Positions 1-9,376 of a stretch of DNA of 64,000 bases are shown piece by piece. How positions within the stretch are numbered: the first letter of the stretch is position 1; the number at the start of each line of letters is the position of its first letter. Both the position numbers and the translations under genes were made by a program. The notes under the pieces were generated by a model. It made no database searches. It was given only the letters and a program-made list of their open reading frames with translations, and was not told the origin of the DNA. Location: contig JAMCUS010000027.1 in the NCBI GenBank assembly GCA_023379385.1, positions 11,640-75,639 on the forward strand. The letters are read 5' to 3'. This stretch comes from Thermoplasmatota archaeon (GTDB taxonomy: Archaea; Thermoplasmatota; Thermoplasmata; Lutacidiplasmatales; JAMCUS01).

Positions 1-2
1 TA

Positions 3-317
3 ACTATAGACCCATCTACAAAAGAATACAACATAGAGGTAGGTACGCCACCCACATCTGCGCTCATATTAAAGGAAGTCAAAAAGGAAAAGGGTTCCGG
101 TAAATCAAAGTCAGAAGTAATAGGTGATCTTACAATCAAACAGGTCATTAAGATTGTAAATATGAAGTCAGGTAGTTTAATGGGCATAGATGATAAAAAC
201 AGAGCAAAAGAGGTTGTAGGTACCTGTGTATCCATGGGAGTTACAGTTGATGGAAAAAACGGTACTGTAGTTATATCTGAAATAGATACTGGAGTTTATG
301 ATAAAGAGTTCATCTAA
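3..317 (+). CDS. rpl11: 50S ribosomal protein L11, C-terminal portion (5' end lies outside the window)
   Basis: Frame-3 translation from the window edge reads ...PPTSALILKEVKKEKGSGKSKSEVIGDLTIKQVIKIVN...VGTCVSMGVTVDGKNG..., which matches the L11 C-terminal domain pattern. Stop TAA at 315-317. Confidence 0.6.
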   Translation, partial: TIDPSTKEYNIEVGTPPTSALILKEVKKEKGSGKSKSEVIGDLTIKQVIKIVNMKSGSLMGIDDKNRAKEVVGTCVSMGVTVDGKNGTVVISEIDTGVYDKEFI

Positions 318-356
318 ACAATCCGTTTCGCCATGGCTATCAATACTTGATAAAAA

Positions 357-773
357 ATGTGTTCGTATAGAGTTTTTGGAACTACCGCTGATGTCGGTGT
401 TGAAGCGCATGCTGAAACCCTTTCCGATCTTTTTTCTACAATGGGTTCTGGCTTATACTCAATATTTACAGATGTTGAAAGGGTTAGGTGCATAGAAAGA
501 AGGAATATGTTTATAGAATCTGAAAATCTCATTGATGGTATGATTGATTATCTCAACGAAATGATATATCTTACTGATAGTCAGCAAATTCTTTTTTCAA
601 AATTTGATGTTGATGTAAAAACGGATAAAGGTGTGAATATAACCGGCAATATATGTGGTGAATATATTAAAAAGCATCACCACTTAAAGGTTCCCGTAAA
701 GGCGGCAACCTATCATAATGCAATAATAAAACATAATGGAGAATGGACTGCAAGGATAATATTTGATATATAA
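357..773 (+). CDS. archease (RtcB tRNA-ligase cofactor family)
   Basis: 138 aa. N-terminal motif VFGTTADVGVEAHAETLSDLF resembles the archease FEHTADIG...TLEEAF signature. Size is typical. Confidence 0.6.
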   Translation: MCSYRVFGTTADVGVEAHAETLSDLFSTMGSGLYSIFTDVERVRCIERRNMFIESENLIDGMIDYLNEMIYLTDSQQILFSKFDVDVKTDKGVNITGNICGEYIKKHHHLKVPVKAATYHNAIIKHNGEWTARIIFDI

Positions 774-842
774 ACAGCACATTTAGGTATTTGACCGCAG
801 CATATCATATTGTATCTCTGGATAGACTAACGGATAATATAA

Positions 843-3800
843 TTAATGCGTAACTGGTATGTGGATTTTAGGGGGATTTCGGGGTCTTACTATTTTATTT
901 CTGCATACAGGACATATGTATGCAAAAACTGGTATTTCTTTTTGACAAGACGGGCATTTTATTGTTTTTGTTATTTTATTTTTTGTGGTTGTACCCTCGG
1001 TAACATAAGGTCTGCTGTTAAATGTGCCGTCTGGGTAAATATTATTGTTTTTACCATGAAATTGTGTACTGAATGAAGATTGTGGTTGTACCACAGATTG
1101 TTGGTGTAAGCTATACGGTACATTGGATGATATATATTGTCTATGAAAATCATATGGATTAACCCTGTGACTGGTTGTTAGATCTTTACCAACCGGTTTT
1201 GTGTCCCCGATTACCTTTTTATTCTTTGTTATCTTGGATATAATACTTTTACTCTTATCCATATAATTTTTTGCAATTTTAATGGTTTTCTCTCTGTAAA
1301 AGAACATAAGAATGAGTAATACCAATATTATAAAAATGATTATCACAAATATTGCTGATGATTCAAAACTGTTGATTCCTAACTGACCAGTAGTTGCTGA
1401 TACTGGCACAAACGTTATATTTTCCGTTGTGTTTTTATTAACTGTTATTATTCCTGTAGATTGAATTCCTGTTAGTTTATAACCATTTATAGTGGTTATT
1501 GTATAGTTATAACTGCCCATAACCTCCTTAAACGTTATGGAACTGCCAGTACCACTTTTATTAAAATTATTTAATGTTACGTACCATGTCGTGCCACCCA
1601 GCAACCCACTCTCTACGAATGTAACCATGTATACTACTGGTTTTACTGTAGCATAGTCTATTGTTATCTTTACCGGTGCACCTGTTACCTTAAACTGCCC
1701 TGTCGATGGCACTGCACTGTACCCCTGTACTCTTCCTATCGTATAATTGTAGGTACCATTCACTATACTGAACGTTACCGTAGTATTCGTTGAGCTTTCT
1801 GTATATATTGTATTCAATGTAACACTCCATGAACTACCTATAGGCAGCCCTCTCTCTGTAAACTCTACAATATATTTGGACGATATTGTAAAGGTTATAT
1901 TCTCCTCTACATTAGTTCCTTTAACTGCTATAACCCCCGATGACGGCGTCGCTATATAATTTTCATTTTCTATGCTAAACGTGTATGTACCATTTGATTC
2001 CTCAAATGTTATTGTATTGCTGCTTGAACTGCCTGTTATACCTGATAGTATTACGTACCAGGTCGTAGATGAGGGTAAACCTGATTCAACAAACTTTATT
2101 GTATACAGTGACGCAGAGGTAGATCTCCATGCTATCGTTTTGTTGATTGGTGCGCCTGTAATGTTTAAACTGCCTGTGGATGGCGTTGCTATATAATTTG
2201 GAATTGTATTAACTGTAAATGTATAGGTTCCATTCTGCAACATAAACTGAATTGTTGATATAACACTGCTTTTTGTATAACCGTCCACAGAAACAGACCA
2301 GTTCGTACGATCTGGCAGACCTGTCTCATTAAAGGTTACAGTATAGGAGGCCCCTGGTGCCCATGTGATTGTTTCCGTTATGTTTTTGCCACTGACTGTA
2401 ATAGTCCCATGAGATGGTGAAGATACGTATCCAGCTACATATCCAACAAGATAGTTATAGCTACCGTTCAATACCATAAAGATTATATTTTTTGTTCTTG
2501 CGTTATCTATAGTACTGTTCAATGTTACACTCCAATTAGTTCCAGTAGGTAATCCACTCTCTGTAAACGTTACACTGTACGTAAATAAATTAAATGTTAT
2601 AGATTCTGATACAACTGCTCCATTTACCGTAAATGATCCTGATGCCGGACTTGGTGCGTATTCCTTATTCCCAGTCGCTATACTATACGAATACGTTCCA
2701 TTCGGTAATTGAACGGTAATGGTTGTTCCTGTTGAACTTTGAGACGGTTGCCCTGTTATATTGACGTACCATGTAGTTCCAGTAGGTAATCCACTCTCTG
2801 TAAACGTTACACTGTACGTAAATAAATTAAATGTTATAGATTCTGATACAACTGCTCCATTTACCGTAAATGATCCTGATGCCGGACTTGGTGCGTATTC
2901 TTTATTCCCCGTCGCTATACTATACGAATACGTCCCATTCGGTTCACTAAATGTTATTGTACTCGTTGTTGATGAATATGATGCACCGCCTGTTATGTTT
3001 ACATACCATATAGTACCGGAAGGCAATCCTGATTCTGTAAACGTTACTCTGTATGTAACCAAACTAAATGTTATAGATTCTGATACAACTGCTCCATTTA
3101 CCGTAAATGATCCTGATGCCGGACTTGGTGCGTATTCTTTATTTCCTGTCGCTATACTATACGAATACGTTCCATTCAGTTCACTAAATGTTATTGTACT
3201 CGTTGTTGATGAATATGAGTTACCACCTGTTATGTTCACATACCAGATTGTTCCAGTAGGTAACCCACTCTCTGTAAACGTTACCGCATAGGTAGTTGTT
3301 GCACTTCCAAAATTGGCAGTCTCAGATACAGGCCCATTCATTGTAATGCTCACCTGATTAGTTGTTCCTGAATAACTACCCGCACCTGATCCGCTCCATG
3401 ACAGAAACTGGTATCCTGAATATGGCGTTGCTGATATAGATACAGAACTTGCCTCAGTATACCACCCACTTCCAGGTGTTACCGAACCTTCTCCTGCCGG
3501 ATTTTCACTCATTGTCAAATAATACTGCGTCTGGTAATTCACACCCTCATTAACAGGACCACCGTTGACAGTAACCGACGTACTTGATGGGCTGGTTATA
3601 TATTGAACACCACTACCCCCTGATATCGGCGTTTCTATACTGCACGAATATACACCATCAGGCTCATAAAACGTAATTGTAGATGACGTAGACGACTTGG
3701 TAGTACTACCCAGCGTAACCGACCACGAAGTACCAGATGGTAACCCACTCTCTGTAAATGTTACCGCATAGGTAGTTGTTGCACTTCCAAAATTGGCAGT

Positions 3801-5705
3801 CTCAGATACAGGCCCATTCATTGTAATGCTCACCTGATTAGTTGTTCCTGAATAACTACCCGCACCTGATCCGCTCCATGACAGAAACTGGTATCCTGAA
3901 TATGGCGTTGCTGATATAGATACAGAACTTGCCTCAGTATACCACCCACTTCCAGGTGTTACCGAACCTTCTCCTGCCGGATTTTCACTCATTGTCAAAT
4001 AATACTGCGTCTGGTAATTCACACCCTCATTAACAGGACCACCGTTGACAGTAACCGACGTACTTGATGGGCTGGTTATATATTGAACACCACTACCCCC
4101 TGATATCGGCGTTTCTATACTGCACGAATATACACCATCAGGCTCATAAAACGTAATTGTAGATGACGTAGACGACTTGGTAGTACTACCCAGCGTAACC
4201 GACCACGAAGTACCAGATGGTAACCCACTCTCTGTAAACGTTACCGCATAAAGTGGCGCTATATTAAAATTGGCAAACCAGTTATTAAATCCCGTATTAC
4301 TGGATAGTCCAGGTGTTCTAATTTCAAATAATAATCCATAAACTGTATCGGGAGTAAACATATAGGTAAATGTAGTAGAGTAATCTCCAAATTGTTCTGG
4401 CAAATACCCACTTGAAATTATTGTGCCTGTAGATGATAAATTTGCTTCTAATACGTATAAATTATTATTATTAAGATATTGCCAATAATTGATTACTACA
4501 CCTGATAACGGGTTAGACCATAGTCTACTTGCAGTTTCATATCCTTGCACATTAAATGATTTATGTATACTTGTACTATTCCATAAATACAGAGTAATAT
4601 TGTTATTGTTATTACCAGCATTTGGATATCCATTGACGGGTGGATTACCATTAGACCCCCACCCTCCACTAAAAAATGCATAACTTTCGGGTGAATGCCC
4701 CATATACACATTCCATGATTCAAATGCAGAATTGTTATATACAAAATCATGTATTGCCCCATAGACACCATGTGGATAATCTGCCGAACCATCGCCTAGA
4801 GCCCAGAAAGAATAATGGATAATTTTGTTTGATTCCAGTGCGTGTATCCTTTCTGTAATCTCCGATAATGAAAATTGTGAGTTTGTATTTGGGTTTTCAC
4901 CTTGTAATATAATTCCTACTGTAGATATTGGAAAATATGAAAGATCATTCTCCAAGGATTGTAAAAAAGTAGAGAAGTAACCATAATAATCCATGTCATA
5001 AAATATGTTTACAGTAGTTTTTGCAAGATCTTGGTAGTTCCACCACTCTGAATTATACCATGCAATATCTACAGTTATTATAAGTCCATTCTTATGTGCA
5101 TCATTTGAGAAAGTTGTAAGAAAATTTGCATAATCCTGTGCAAATGAAGATGGAATTGAAGCACCCTGTGGTTCCCAATCTATATTATAGCCTGCATACC
5201 CATTGCTTTCAGCAGTAGTTATTGCCTGATTTATAAAACTGGTCCATTCACCTGAATTTGTTACAAAATTGATTACATCAGTATCAGAACCCTCTGCAAT
5301 CATAGGAAATGCATTAAGTCCTAATTCTTTTGCGGTAGATATAACAGGATCTTGACCATAATTTGCTAAATTACCTGCTGAATCTAAGTAAAATTCTTCA
5401 TATGAAACAGCTGTTTCATTGTTTGAGTGTGCGGTTAATTCTGATAACCCCTGTTGAACATTTCCATATATAAATGGCATATATGTATTTTTTAAATTTG
5501 TTCCATCAGGAAATGTATTTAAAGTATTAAGCATATTTTTTGATACCTTAAAATGAGAAATTGAATAATCATTTGAATTATGTGATGTAGGAATCATACC
5601 AACTCTAAAGTTACTTAAAATTAAAAAATAGGTTGAAGAGATTATAACAAAAAATACTATAATAGCTATAATTTTTTTTATTTTTTGTGTATTACTGTAA
5701 CTCAT
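843..5705 (-). CDS. giant bitopic surface protein with an N-terminal TM anchor, a GH18-like glycosidase-like domain (NIDWEP motif), about ten ~85-aa VTFTESGLPxGTxWxV beta-repeats, a C-terminal TM, and a ~170-aa cytoplasmic tail ending in a CPSC-x14-CPVC zinc ribbon
   Basis: 1620-aa ORF. Hydrophobic stretches lie at residues ~12-32 and ~1425-1445. The DWE motif sits in the N-terminal domain. Internal repeats are visible at both DNA and protein level. The C-terminus reads CPSCQKEIPVFAYICPVCRNKI. Confidence 0.6.
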   Translation of the reverse strand: MSYSNTQKIKKIIAIIVFFVIISSTYFLILSNFRVGMIPTSHNSNDYSISHFKVSKNMLNTLNTFPDGTNLKNTYMPFIYGNVQQGLSELTAHSNNETAVSYEEFYLDSAGNLANYGQDPVISTAKELGLNAFPMIAEGSDTDVINFVTNSGEWTSFINQAITTAESNGYAGYNIDWEPQGASIPSSFAQDYANFLTTFSNDAHKNGLIITVDIAWYNSEWWNYQDLAKTTVNIFYDMDYYGYFSTFLQSLENDLSYFPISTVGIILQGENPNTNSQFSLSEITERIHALESNKIIHYSFWALGDGSADYPHGVYGAIHDFVYNNSAFESWNVYMGHSPESYAFFSGGWGSNGNPPVNGYPNAGNNNNNITLYLWNSTSIHKSFNVQGYETASRLWSNPLSGVVINYWQYLNNNNLYVLEANLSSTGTIISSGYLPEQFGDYSTTFTYMFTPDTVYGLLFEIRTPGLSSNTGFNNWFANFNIAPLYAVTFTESGLPSGTSWSVTLGSTTKSSTSSTITFYEPDGVYSCSIETPISGGSGVQYITSPSSTSVTVNGGPVNEGVNYQTQYYLTMSENPAGEGSVTPGSGWYTEASSVSISATPYSGYQFLSWSGSGAGSYSGTTNQVSITMNGPVSETANFGSATTTYAVTFTESGLPSGTSWSVTLGSTTKSSTSSTITFYEPDGVYSCSIETPISGGSGVQYITSPSSTSVTVNGGPVNEGVNYQTQYYLTMSENPAGEGSVTPGSGWYTEASSVSISATPYSGYQFLSWSGSGAGSYSGTTNQVSITMNGPVSETANFGSATTTYAVTFTESGLPTGTIWYVNITGGNSYSSTTSTITFSELNGTYSYSIATGNKEYAPSPASGSFTVNGAVVSESITFSLVTYRVTFTESGLPSGTIWYVNITGGASYSSTTSTITFSEPNGTYSYSIATGNKEYAPSPASGSFTVNGAVVSESITFNLFTYSVTFTESGLPTGTTWYVNITGQPSQSSTGTTITVQLPNGTYSYSIATGNKEYAPSPASGSFTVNGAVVSESITFNLFTYSVTFTESGLPTGTNWSVTLNSTIDNARTKNIIFMVLNGSYNYLVGYVAGYVSSPSHGTITVSGKNITETITWAPGASYTVTFNETGLPDRTNWSVSVDGYTKSSVISTIQFMLQNGTYTFTVNTIPNYIATPSTGSLNITGAPINKTIAWRSTSASLYTIKFVESGLPSSTTWYVILSGITGSSSSNTITFEESNGTYTFSIENENYIATPSSGVIAVKGTNVEENITFTISSKYIVEFTERGLPIGSSWSVTLNTIYTESSTNTTVTFSIVNGTYNYTIGRVQGYSAVPSTGQFKVTGAPVKITIDYATVKPVVYMVTFVESGLLGGTTWYVTLNNFNKSGTGSSITFKEVMGSYNYTITTINGYKLTGIQSTGIITVNKNTTENITFVPVSATTGQLGINSFESSAIFVIIIFIILVLLILMFFYREKTIKIAKNYMDKSKSIISKITKNKKVIGDTKPVGKDLTTSHRVNPYDFHRQYISSNVPYSLHQQSVVQPQSSFSTQFHGKNNNIYPDGTFNSRPYVTEGTTTKNKITKTIKCPSCQKEIPVFAYICPVCRNKIVRPRNPPKIHIPVTH
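2538..3250. repeat. three tandem ~237-240 bp imperfect repeats inside the 1620-aa gene
   Basis: The block agttccagtaggtaatccactctctgtaaacgttacactgtacgtaaataaattaaatgttatagattctgatacaactgctccatttaccgtaaatgatcctgatgccggacttggtgcgtattc recurs at about 2538, 2775 and 3012. Confidence 0.75.
3257..4250. repeat. near-perfect tandem duplication of a 480-bp unit (two copies) inside the 1620-aa gene
   Basis: Positions 3301-3720 are identical base-for-base to 3781-4200. The only mismatch seen is c/t at 3279 versus 3759. The duplication is in frame, and the protein shows a duplicated ~160-aa block. Confidence 0.9.
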
Positions 5706-5990
5706 ACATATGTAACTATTTATAATTAAATATTTAAATATTAGTTGGTTATTACCGTCTTTCCATATAACTTGCTATCCATTAACGATTAGAGGTAGCT
5801 TCATGTAGTTTTATAATATATCATTCTGAATTATACTTTTCTTAGCTTTGGTTTTCCTTATCATCGTTTATTTCTCTGTCTGATCAGGTACACCTCTTGT
5901 TCACATTACTGCTCTTTGTAATGATTAATGCCTATAATAACTAATATTTTATAATAATGTTTATATATCCTGTCTGCATTTACAGTTATT

Positions 5991-6971
5991 ATGGTTGCCG
6001 GAAAGCCTAGACACGGATCCAATGATAAATCAGAAATCCGGGAATGGAAAAGAAGACAGGGTTTTGAAATGCTTAAGAAAGGCATGAAGAAATCAGTTAT
6101 ATCAAAAAAACTTGGAGTTAACCGTAAGACTGTATACAACTGGTCAGTTAAACTGAAACAGAGTGGAGACTGGCATGACAGGAAGCAGCCCGGTTCAAAG
6201 GGTAAACTCACAAAGGATCAGAAAGAGAAACTGAAGAGAATAATAGACAGTGGTCCAAGATCATACGGTTATGATACTGATCTGTGGACATTGAAGAGAA
6301 TATCTGAAGTTATATCAAAGGAATATAATGTAGAATACAACACAACATACATCTGGTGTGTACTGAAAAATTTAGGTTATTAGGCACAGATTCCGGTTGC
6401 AGTGGCCATGGAGAAGAATCCCGAATATGTGAAGGAGGCAAACGAGAAGAATGCAACCATTCTGTTCCAGGATGAATCAGGTGTACAGAGCAGGCCCAAT
6501 GTAAGAAGGACATGGTCAAAGCGTGGAAAGAGGCTAGGAATTAAGGTGGAGGAAAACAGGGGCCGGATATCAATCACCTCAGCTGTAACACCTGACGGTG
6601 GTCTATATTTCATGATAAGGAAGGGAAGCATGGACAGTGAAGATATCATATCCTTTCTGGATCAGCTTCTTTCAGAAATACATGGTTTCCTTTACATGTT
6701 CTGGGATAATATAACAATACACAGAAGCAGGATTGTGAAAGATTTCCTTGAAACAAACAATGACAGGCTGATAATCAGGAGAATCACTGCATATTCTCCT
6801 GAACTGAACCCGGATGAATATGTGTGAAATGCCTTGAAATATCAGGAACTGCCAAATTTCTGCCCTGCTAACATGGATGATCTTAAAAATAGGGTTATTT
6901 CAACCATGAACAAGCTAAAAAGTGATCCAGAAAAACTGAGAAACATCATAGGGGTTCTAGCCTTCCCCTGA
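5991..6971 (+). pseudogene. IS630/Tc1-mariner family transposase, one reading frame interrupted by two in-frame stops
   Basis: The N-terminal HTH part (5991-6383) and the DDE part (6402-6827) are in the same frame, separated by TAG at 6384-6386. A second in-frame TGA at 6825-6827 sits where IS630 transposases carry a conserved Trp (...YSPELNPDEYV*NALK). The frame then continues to TGA at 6969-6971. Local GC is visibly higher than the surroundings. Confidence 0.7.
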
Positions 6972-7056
6972 CGCCAATTATGGGAAAGAATTAGAGGAAA
7001 GTAGAATAGTTAAAAAATAAAAATACATAATGGATAAATATAAATTTGGTAAAGGG

Positions 7057-7878
7057 TTATAATTCTCTATTTTCTGAGTCATCCTCTGTTTTGCTATTTT
7101 TTCTTTTTTGCGTCGTTTTAACAAAAAAGAATACTAGCAATGCCGCAAATATTATAGCACCTATAACAATACCACTTTCCAACAACATATTTACATTGGT
7201 TGATGAAACGGTATTTGTATTAGTAGAGGATGACCCTCCTGTACTGTTACCTGGGTTGTTATTGCTTGTTGCAAACGTTACGGACTTTGACAATGCCGTA
7301 CCATTCACTACTACAGTTCCTGATGATGGCGTCGCTGCATAGCCTGATACGGACCCTATAGTGAATGTATATGAACCATTTACTTCTCTGAATGATACTG
7401 TCCCTGATCCTGACGAGGTGGCTCCGTTCAGCGTTACAGAGAAGCTTGTCCCTGATGGCAATCCCGATTCTACAAACTGTACTACATAGGTTGTTGGAGA
7501 GGTGCTGTTACCTGTTCCGTTGCCACCTCCCGTTCCATTGCCACCTCCCGTTCCGTTACCGCCTCCCGTTCCGTTACCGCCTCCCGTTCCGTTACCGCCT
7601 CCCGTTCCATTGCCACCTCCTGTTCCATTGCCAAAAATAGAGATTGCTGGAATGGTAGTATATACTTTGACAATTAAATTTGCAGGAACTTTGCATATAT
7701 TACTGTAATTAATTCCAATACTAGAGTTATGAGAGATAAAAAAGAGACTTCCACTTGCACCTGTACCTAAAATTATTACCAATAGCATTATAGATAAATT
7801 TTTTAATGGTTTTCTTTTCCAGTCCTTTTCTATAGACACATTTCTTTTTCTTATTTCTTCATAATTTACATTTTTCAT
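7057..7878 (-). CDS. bitopic surface protein with N-in TM, a (GNGTGG)7 low-complexity linker, a VQFVESGLPSGTSFSV beta-repeat domain, a Ser/Thr-rich stalk, and a C-terminal TM with a short acidic tail
   Basis: 273 aa. Hydrophobic segments lie at residues ~30-50 and ~235-255. The repeat domain is related to the repeats of the 1620-aa protein. Confidence 0.55.
   Translation of the reverse strand: MKNVNYEEIRKRNVSIEKDWKRKPLKNLSIMLLVIILGTGASGSLFFISHNSSIGINYSNICKVPANLIVKVYTTIPAISIFGNGTGGGNGTGGGNGTGGGNGTGGGNGTGGGNGTGGGNGTGNSTSPTTYVVQFVESGLPSGTSFSVTLNGATSSGSGTVSFREVNGSYTFTIGSVSGYAATPSSGTVVVNGTALSKSVTFATSNNNPGNSTGGSSSTNTNTVSSTNVNMLLESGIVIGAIIFAALLVFFFVKTTQKRKNSKTEDDSENREL
7507..7632. repeat. 18-bp tandem repeat x7 (cctcccgttcc[a/g]tt[g/a]cc[a/g]) encoding (GNGTGG)n on the minus strand
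   Basis: Read directly from the sequence. It is a GC-rich island in an AT-rich gene. Confidence 0.9.
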
Positions 7879-7959
7879 TCTACATTCACCTTGAATATAT
7901 AAGCTTTAGACACCTTTATATAGTGATGGTGAAGATACACCGTAGATACATCAAAAAAT

Positions 7960-7980
7960 AACGTATTTATGACGTATTTA
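7960..7980. promoter_or_regulatory. 21-nt motif aACGTATTTAtgACGTATTTA (two direct 9-mers), 82-102 bp upstream of the start codon of the 7057..7878 gene
   Basis: Exact 21-mer also present at 11148-11168. Both copies lie upstream of minus-strand surface-protein genes. Confidence 0.5.
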
Positions 7981-8019
7981 GTAGTGTTAGTGTAGAATGC
8001 AGCTAAAATGATAATGTAG

Positions 8020-9324
8020 TCAATTTGTTAGTGTCTGTTGAAGTTCTCTGGCTACTGCCTCACCCTTTTCTGTCAGGTAGTATGTTTTCATTCGTCGTCC
8101 TTTCCCTTTTACGTGTTTGACATCTACTCTGATTAAACCCCTATTCTCAAGTCTTTTGAGAGTATTGGTCAGAACATTCTGCTTTACACCCAGGCTATCA
8201 GCCATACCAATTTGTGTAAAACTTATCGGGGCTATTTCAAGCATATATAGGTTCCCCTGTTTTAGCAGGTGTATAAGAATTTTATCAGATATTTTAAAAC
8301 CACTGTTGTTTGAACTTTTGTTAGAATTTGTAGTTAATGTCGTCTGTAAAGTATCCTGTTTTGTAACAGCTGGTGCCTGTAGTGATATTTCTGTGGAAAC
8401 TTCTTTGTTAGTTGTTGATAATTTTTTATTTCCCCCTCTTTTTTTATAAAAACCAAAACGTAAAAGTAACACTGTACAACCTACACCTATTGCGACACCA
8501 CCTATAATAAATAAAACCAATTGTACAACAGATATAACTAAATTGTTGGAATTTGGTGTTGATATATTGTTAGATGGTGTGGCAACATTAATTATAATAA
8601 AAGCGGAGGTAGATCGATCGCTTGTATCGATCACCGTAAGTGTAGCATTATATCTGCCAGGTCTAAGGTATGTATAATTTATATTTAATCCACTGCCAGT
8701 CCCACCATCTCCAAAATGCCATGTAAACGCAATGTAGGTTCCCGTTCCACCGAAAACACTGCCGTTGAACTGCACGGTAAGTGGTGCAGTTCCATTCTTT
8801 GGATTTGCGTATATGACTAATTTTAATGGGGAATACCATGTATGGATTGATAGAGGTTTACTTGAGAAATTGGTACCACTTACATTTACAGTTACAGTAA
8901 CATTGAAAAATCCAGCTTCAGTATACAGGTGAGATGGCGCAAATGCTGTGCTGCTGTTGAGGTAAACATGATCGCCAAAGTTCCAGGAATACCAGGTAGG
9001 AGTCCCACTAGCTGTCATCATAAAAGATACGAGAAGAGGTATACTTCCACTATGTTTGTTGGCCGTGACGTTAACTGTAAATGTACCTGGCAATAGATAA
9101 GTGAACTTATAGATATTATGACCGATATTATGGTTAAATAGGCTATTTAACTGATTATTACTTATGTTTTTTACTAAATTTACTCTGTTTACAGGTATTG
9201 TTTCTGTATGTATTGTGTATTGGATCAATGGTCCATATGATAATGTGAATAACACCATTACTAGAATTATATAAAAAAGTGTAGAAAAAAAGCCATTTCT
9301 TATTTTATTATTTTTAGTAAACAA
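8020..9324 (-). CDS. bitopic membrane protein with N-in TM, two extracellular PKD-like domains (WxFGDG motifs), a second TM, and a ~150-aa cytoplasmic C-terminal region ending in a winged-helix DNA-binding domain; candidate transmembrane one-component transcription regulator
   Basis: 434 aa. Hydrophobic segments lie at ~14-34 and ~257-285. WNFGDH and WHFGDGG sit between them. The C-terminus ILIHLLKQGNLYMLEIAPISFTQIGMADSLGVKQNVLTNTLKRLENRGLIRVDVKHVKGKGRRMKTYYLTEKGEAVA has the helix-turn-helix plus beta-hairpin wing pattern of MarR/ArsR-like wHTH. Confidence 0.55.
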   Translation of the reverse strand: MFTKNNKIRNGFFSTLFYIILVMVLFTLSYGPLIQYTIHTETIPVNRVNLVKNISNNQLNSLFNHNIGHNIYKFTYLLPGTFTVNVTANKHSGSIPLLVSFMMTASGTPTWYSWNFGDHVYLNSSTAFAPSHLYTEAGFFNVTVTVNVSGTNFSSKPLSIHTWYSPLKLVIYANPKNGTAPLTVQFNGSVFGGTGTYIAFTWHFGDGGTGSGLNINYTYLRPGRYNATLTVIDTSDRSTSAFIIINVATPSNNISTPNSNNLVISVVQLVLFIIGGVAIGVGCTVLLLRFGFYKKRGGNKKLSTTNKEVSTEISLQAPAVTKQDTLQTTLTTNSNKSSNNSGFKISDKILIHLLKQGNLYMLEIAPISFTQIGMADSLGVKQNVLTNTLKRLENRGLIRVDVKHVKGKGRRMKTYYLTEKGEAVARELQQTLTN

Positions 9325-9376
9325 AGAATTTCTACCCTCTTTATATTATATCGATTGCATATTGCTATACCACAAT

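Noticed and set aside
177-532. Small ORFs (177..410 -, 298..495 +, 314..532 -) at the window start
   Set aside because: They overlap the L11 C-terminal coding frame and the archease gene, and no motif supports them.
1972-3291. Plus-strand ORFs (1972..2196, 2761..3291) inside the 1620-aa gene
   Set aside because: They are antisense to a long, repeat-rich, well-supported minus-strand CDS. Their periodicity simply mirrors the DNA repeats.
6384-6386. In-frame TAG as possible pyrrolysine or programmed readthrough in the IS630 transposase
   Set aside because: A second in-frame stop (TGA replacing a conserved Trp) lies downstream, and Pyl machinery is not expected in Thermoplasmatales. Pseudogenization is more parsimonious.
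7507-7632. Regularly spaced 18-bp repeats that could be mistaken for a CRISPR array
   Set aside because: The units are contiguous with no spacers, lie in frame inside a CDS, and encode a (GNGTGG)n linker. No cas genes. No CRISPR array was found anywhere in the window.
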